Shown here one piece after another: positions 61,546-64,000 of a stretch of 64,000 nucleotides of DNA. The notes under the pieces were generated by a model. That model did no database searches and had not been told where the DNA came from. It worked only from the letters and a program-made list of their open reading frames with translations. The stretch's first letter is position 1. The number at the start of each line of letters is the position of its first letter. This DNA comes from Octopus sinensis (lineage: Eukaryota): positions 153,574,001-153,638,000 of the forward strand of contig NC_042998.1 of the NCBI RefSeq assembly GCF_006345805.1, in the 5' to 3' direction. The translations under genes and the position numbers were made by a program.

Positions 61546-62802
61546 TCAGGTCATCCCATAAGTTCTGTTCGAATTTTCAATAAAGAAAACAAGTGACCAA
61601 ATGTTAATGTACTTTCCCTGATTATCTATGACTTCCTTTCATCTGTTTACAAGCTTTTTAATCCCATCAATTTAAAACTCTTTTGGTTTCAAAGTGTAGA
61701 ACTCTGAAATGTCAGTTTCGACCTCCTCCTGGCTTACGAACATTATGTCCCCCAAATGATTCTGTAAACTACGAAACAAATGTTAGTCTGAAGGAGCAAG
61801 GTTGGGAGAATAAGATGGATGAGGAATTTTTCCCCAACCAAGCTCTTTGATTTTCTGTGATGTGATCTTTGCAGTGTGGGATCGTGCATTGTCCTGATGA
61901 AACATCACTCCTTTTTGATTCACTAAAGCGGATCTTTTTTTTTCAAAGCTTGGTTCAAACACTCTAATTGCTGACAGTAGACTTGAGCATTGATTGTTGC
62001 ATTAGGTGGTAACAATTCAAAGTGAATTACTCCTTTTCAATACCACCAGTTAGAGAGAAGAATCTTTTTCCCATGAAGTTCCCTTCTTGGTTGTGGTTGA
62101 GCTTTTTCCCTTTTACCAAGCCACTATTTACAACATTTAACATTTCAATAGAAGATCCATTTTTCATCACCAGTCACAAGTTTATCCAAAAAGGGTGAAA
62201 TAAATTTGCAAGAATGAAGAGAAGAGCAGATGTCAACTCGGGATTTGTGGTTGCTTTCGGACAATTCATGAGGCACCCATTTTCCAATTTTAGGAACCTT
62301 TCCAAGTTGTTGAAGATGATGATGAACAGTTGTATGGTTTGAACTAAGCTTTATTGCCAATTCTTCAACTGATAATGCAAGATTTTCTTCAAGTAATGCC
62401 TCAAGGAGCATTACTCAGCTGAATGTCCTGTTCGATCTTCAACTTCAAGGCTGAAATCTCCACTTCTGAATTTTGCAAACCATCTTCTGCAAGTTCTTTC
62501 ATTCAAACATTATTTCCCATAAACTGAGTGTATGCTTCGAGTTGCTTCGGCTGCAGAGTTTCCTTTTTTGTACTCATAAAGCATTATGTGCCTCAAATGC
62601 TCTTTGGATACTTCCATGTTAGAAAGGGTTTTAATCAAAGAAATTTTAATTCTATTATTCTGTAAAATAATATTTTATTAGTTTAAATGTACACAAATGC
62701 ATAAAAGATAATTTTTAATTCCATTAGACATTCTAAAATACTATTAAATTTCATTCAATTTTAAAAAAGATAAACTCGGACAGAACTTATGGGATGACCT
62801 GA
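61546..62802 (-). mobile_element. mariner element with near-perfect TIRs, degenerate transposase
   Basis: The TIR tcaggtcatcccataagttctgt(t/c)cga is at both ends. ORF 62145-62411 has KWVPHELS...VTGDEKW. Confidence 0.92.
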
Positions 62803-63129
62803 TTTGTTGCTTCCATAGGTATGATTCTATACTTAGCCATGTTGGGAATGACTGAATTGGTTTTCATGACTAACAAAAAAGAACAATGCAAAAACATATG
62901 CAACGCGTATTTTACTGTAGTTTTGAGCCATCCAGTGCCTTCTAAGAGTCTACTCATCAATGACAAGCAGAGGGTAGCTCTTTGATCAGGCTAAGATGCA
63001 TTCAGATGATGAGGGACCCACTTACCAATTTAGATTCATTGTAGTTTATGAAAGTGTGTTATGATCGAAGTGTGAATTTAATTGAACTGTTTTGCTAATT
63101 TAAATGTATTTTGCTTTGGATTTTCTTTG

Positions 63130-63952
63130 TCTACAGTTTTCAGAAGAGAGCTGAGAGTATTCTGCACAAGGGACATGGCATGATGAAGGTTTCTCCTCAG
63201 TGGGTTCTACATCTGACACCTGATCTAAAGTGCACTAGGCTGATCACATTACAGAAAATCTGACATTATTTCAGGCAGATCCAGCTGGTTTCCTTGAACA
63301 TTTCCTAACCCAGAATGAGTGTTGGCTCCATTACTTTGAGCCAAAGACAAAGAGACAATTCATGCAGTGAAAATATCCTTCTTCACCTGCTCCAAAAAGG
63401 CCAACATCGTTTTTTCCACAGGGAAAATGATAGCCTCAGTTTTTTAGATACAAAAGGTATTATGTTTATTGACTAGCTTCAAATGAGCCACACCATCAGT
63501 GGAGAGTACTATGCCAACTTTCTGAGGCAGTTACAAAAGACTATCAAGACCAAATATTCAGGAAAACTGATGAAAGAGGTCTTGTTTCATCAGGACAATG
63601 CTCCAGCACACAAGTCCTTGGTTTCAATGGCTACTGTGCATGACTGTGGTTTTGAGCTGGTTGATCAACCTCCATGTTCTCCTTATTTGGTCCCACCTGA
63701 CTATCATCCATTCCCAACATGAAAAACTCTTGACTGGGAACCACTATCACAGTGATGATGACATCATAACTGCTGTTGATGACTTTTTTGACCTACAGGA
63801 TGACAACTTCTTCACCAATGGGATTCAAACACTAACACCAATGGAAGAAGTATGGGTTACTGCAAGGGGAATTATGTTGAAAAATAAACCTCGTTTGGTT
63901 ACAATCCATGAGAGTATCTTATTCAGCCTGTGAACTCTTCAGCCAACCCTTG
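63130..63952 (+). mobile_element. mariner (DD34D) element, 5'-truncated
   Basis: It encodes HQDNAPAH...PPCSPYLVPPDY with 34 residues between the Asps. The terminus is ...cagccaacccttg|TA. Confidence 0.88.
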
Positions 63953-64000
63953 TATTAGCTATTTAGTGACAGAAGCAGACTGTAACAAATACTAATTAGG

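Overview
This is AT-rich eukaryotic genomic DNA. The repeat landscape (long TA microsatellites, tRNA-derived SINEs, abundant RTE LINEs) suggests a cephalopod such as Octopus; that assignment is an inference. The only host gene I can support is the 3' part of DNAJB11/ERdj3 on the + strand. Its last four coding exons are 9439-9496, 33809-33920, 42938-43097 and 47482-47546, and all show AG/GT boundaries with consistent phases. They are separated by TE-filled introns of about 24, 9 and 4.4 kb. The rest is transposable elements: several RTE LINEs, CR1-like LINEs, an R4/Dong-like RLE element, Penelope-like pieces, a complete CsRN1-type Ty3/gypsy element (both LTRs, PBS, PPT, 4-bp TSD), mariner, Tc1, maT, MULE, Helitrons and two SINE families. 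The most notable signals are four. (1) A Penelope-like block at 20.6-22.8 kb holds three hammerhead-ribozyme motifs, two of them in the arms of a ~384-bp inverted repeat. (2) A C4HC3 PHD-type finger sits inside the reverse transcriptase of the RTE family. (3) There is a perfect 114-bp-arm palindrome in an intron. (4) A SINE and a CR1-like LINE share a 3' stem-loop with compensatory base changes. All alignments and folds were done by eye, and most TE boundaries are approximate.
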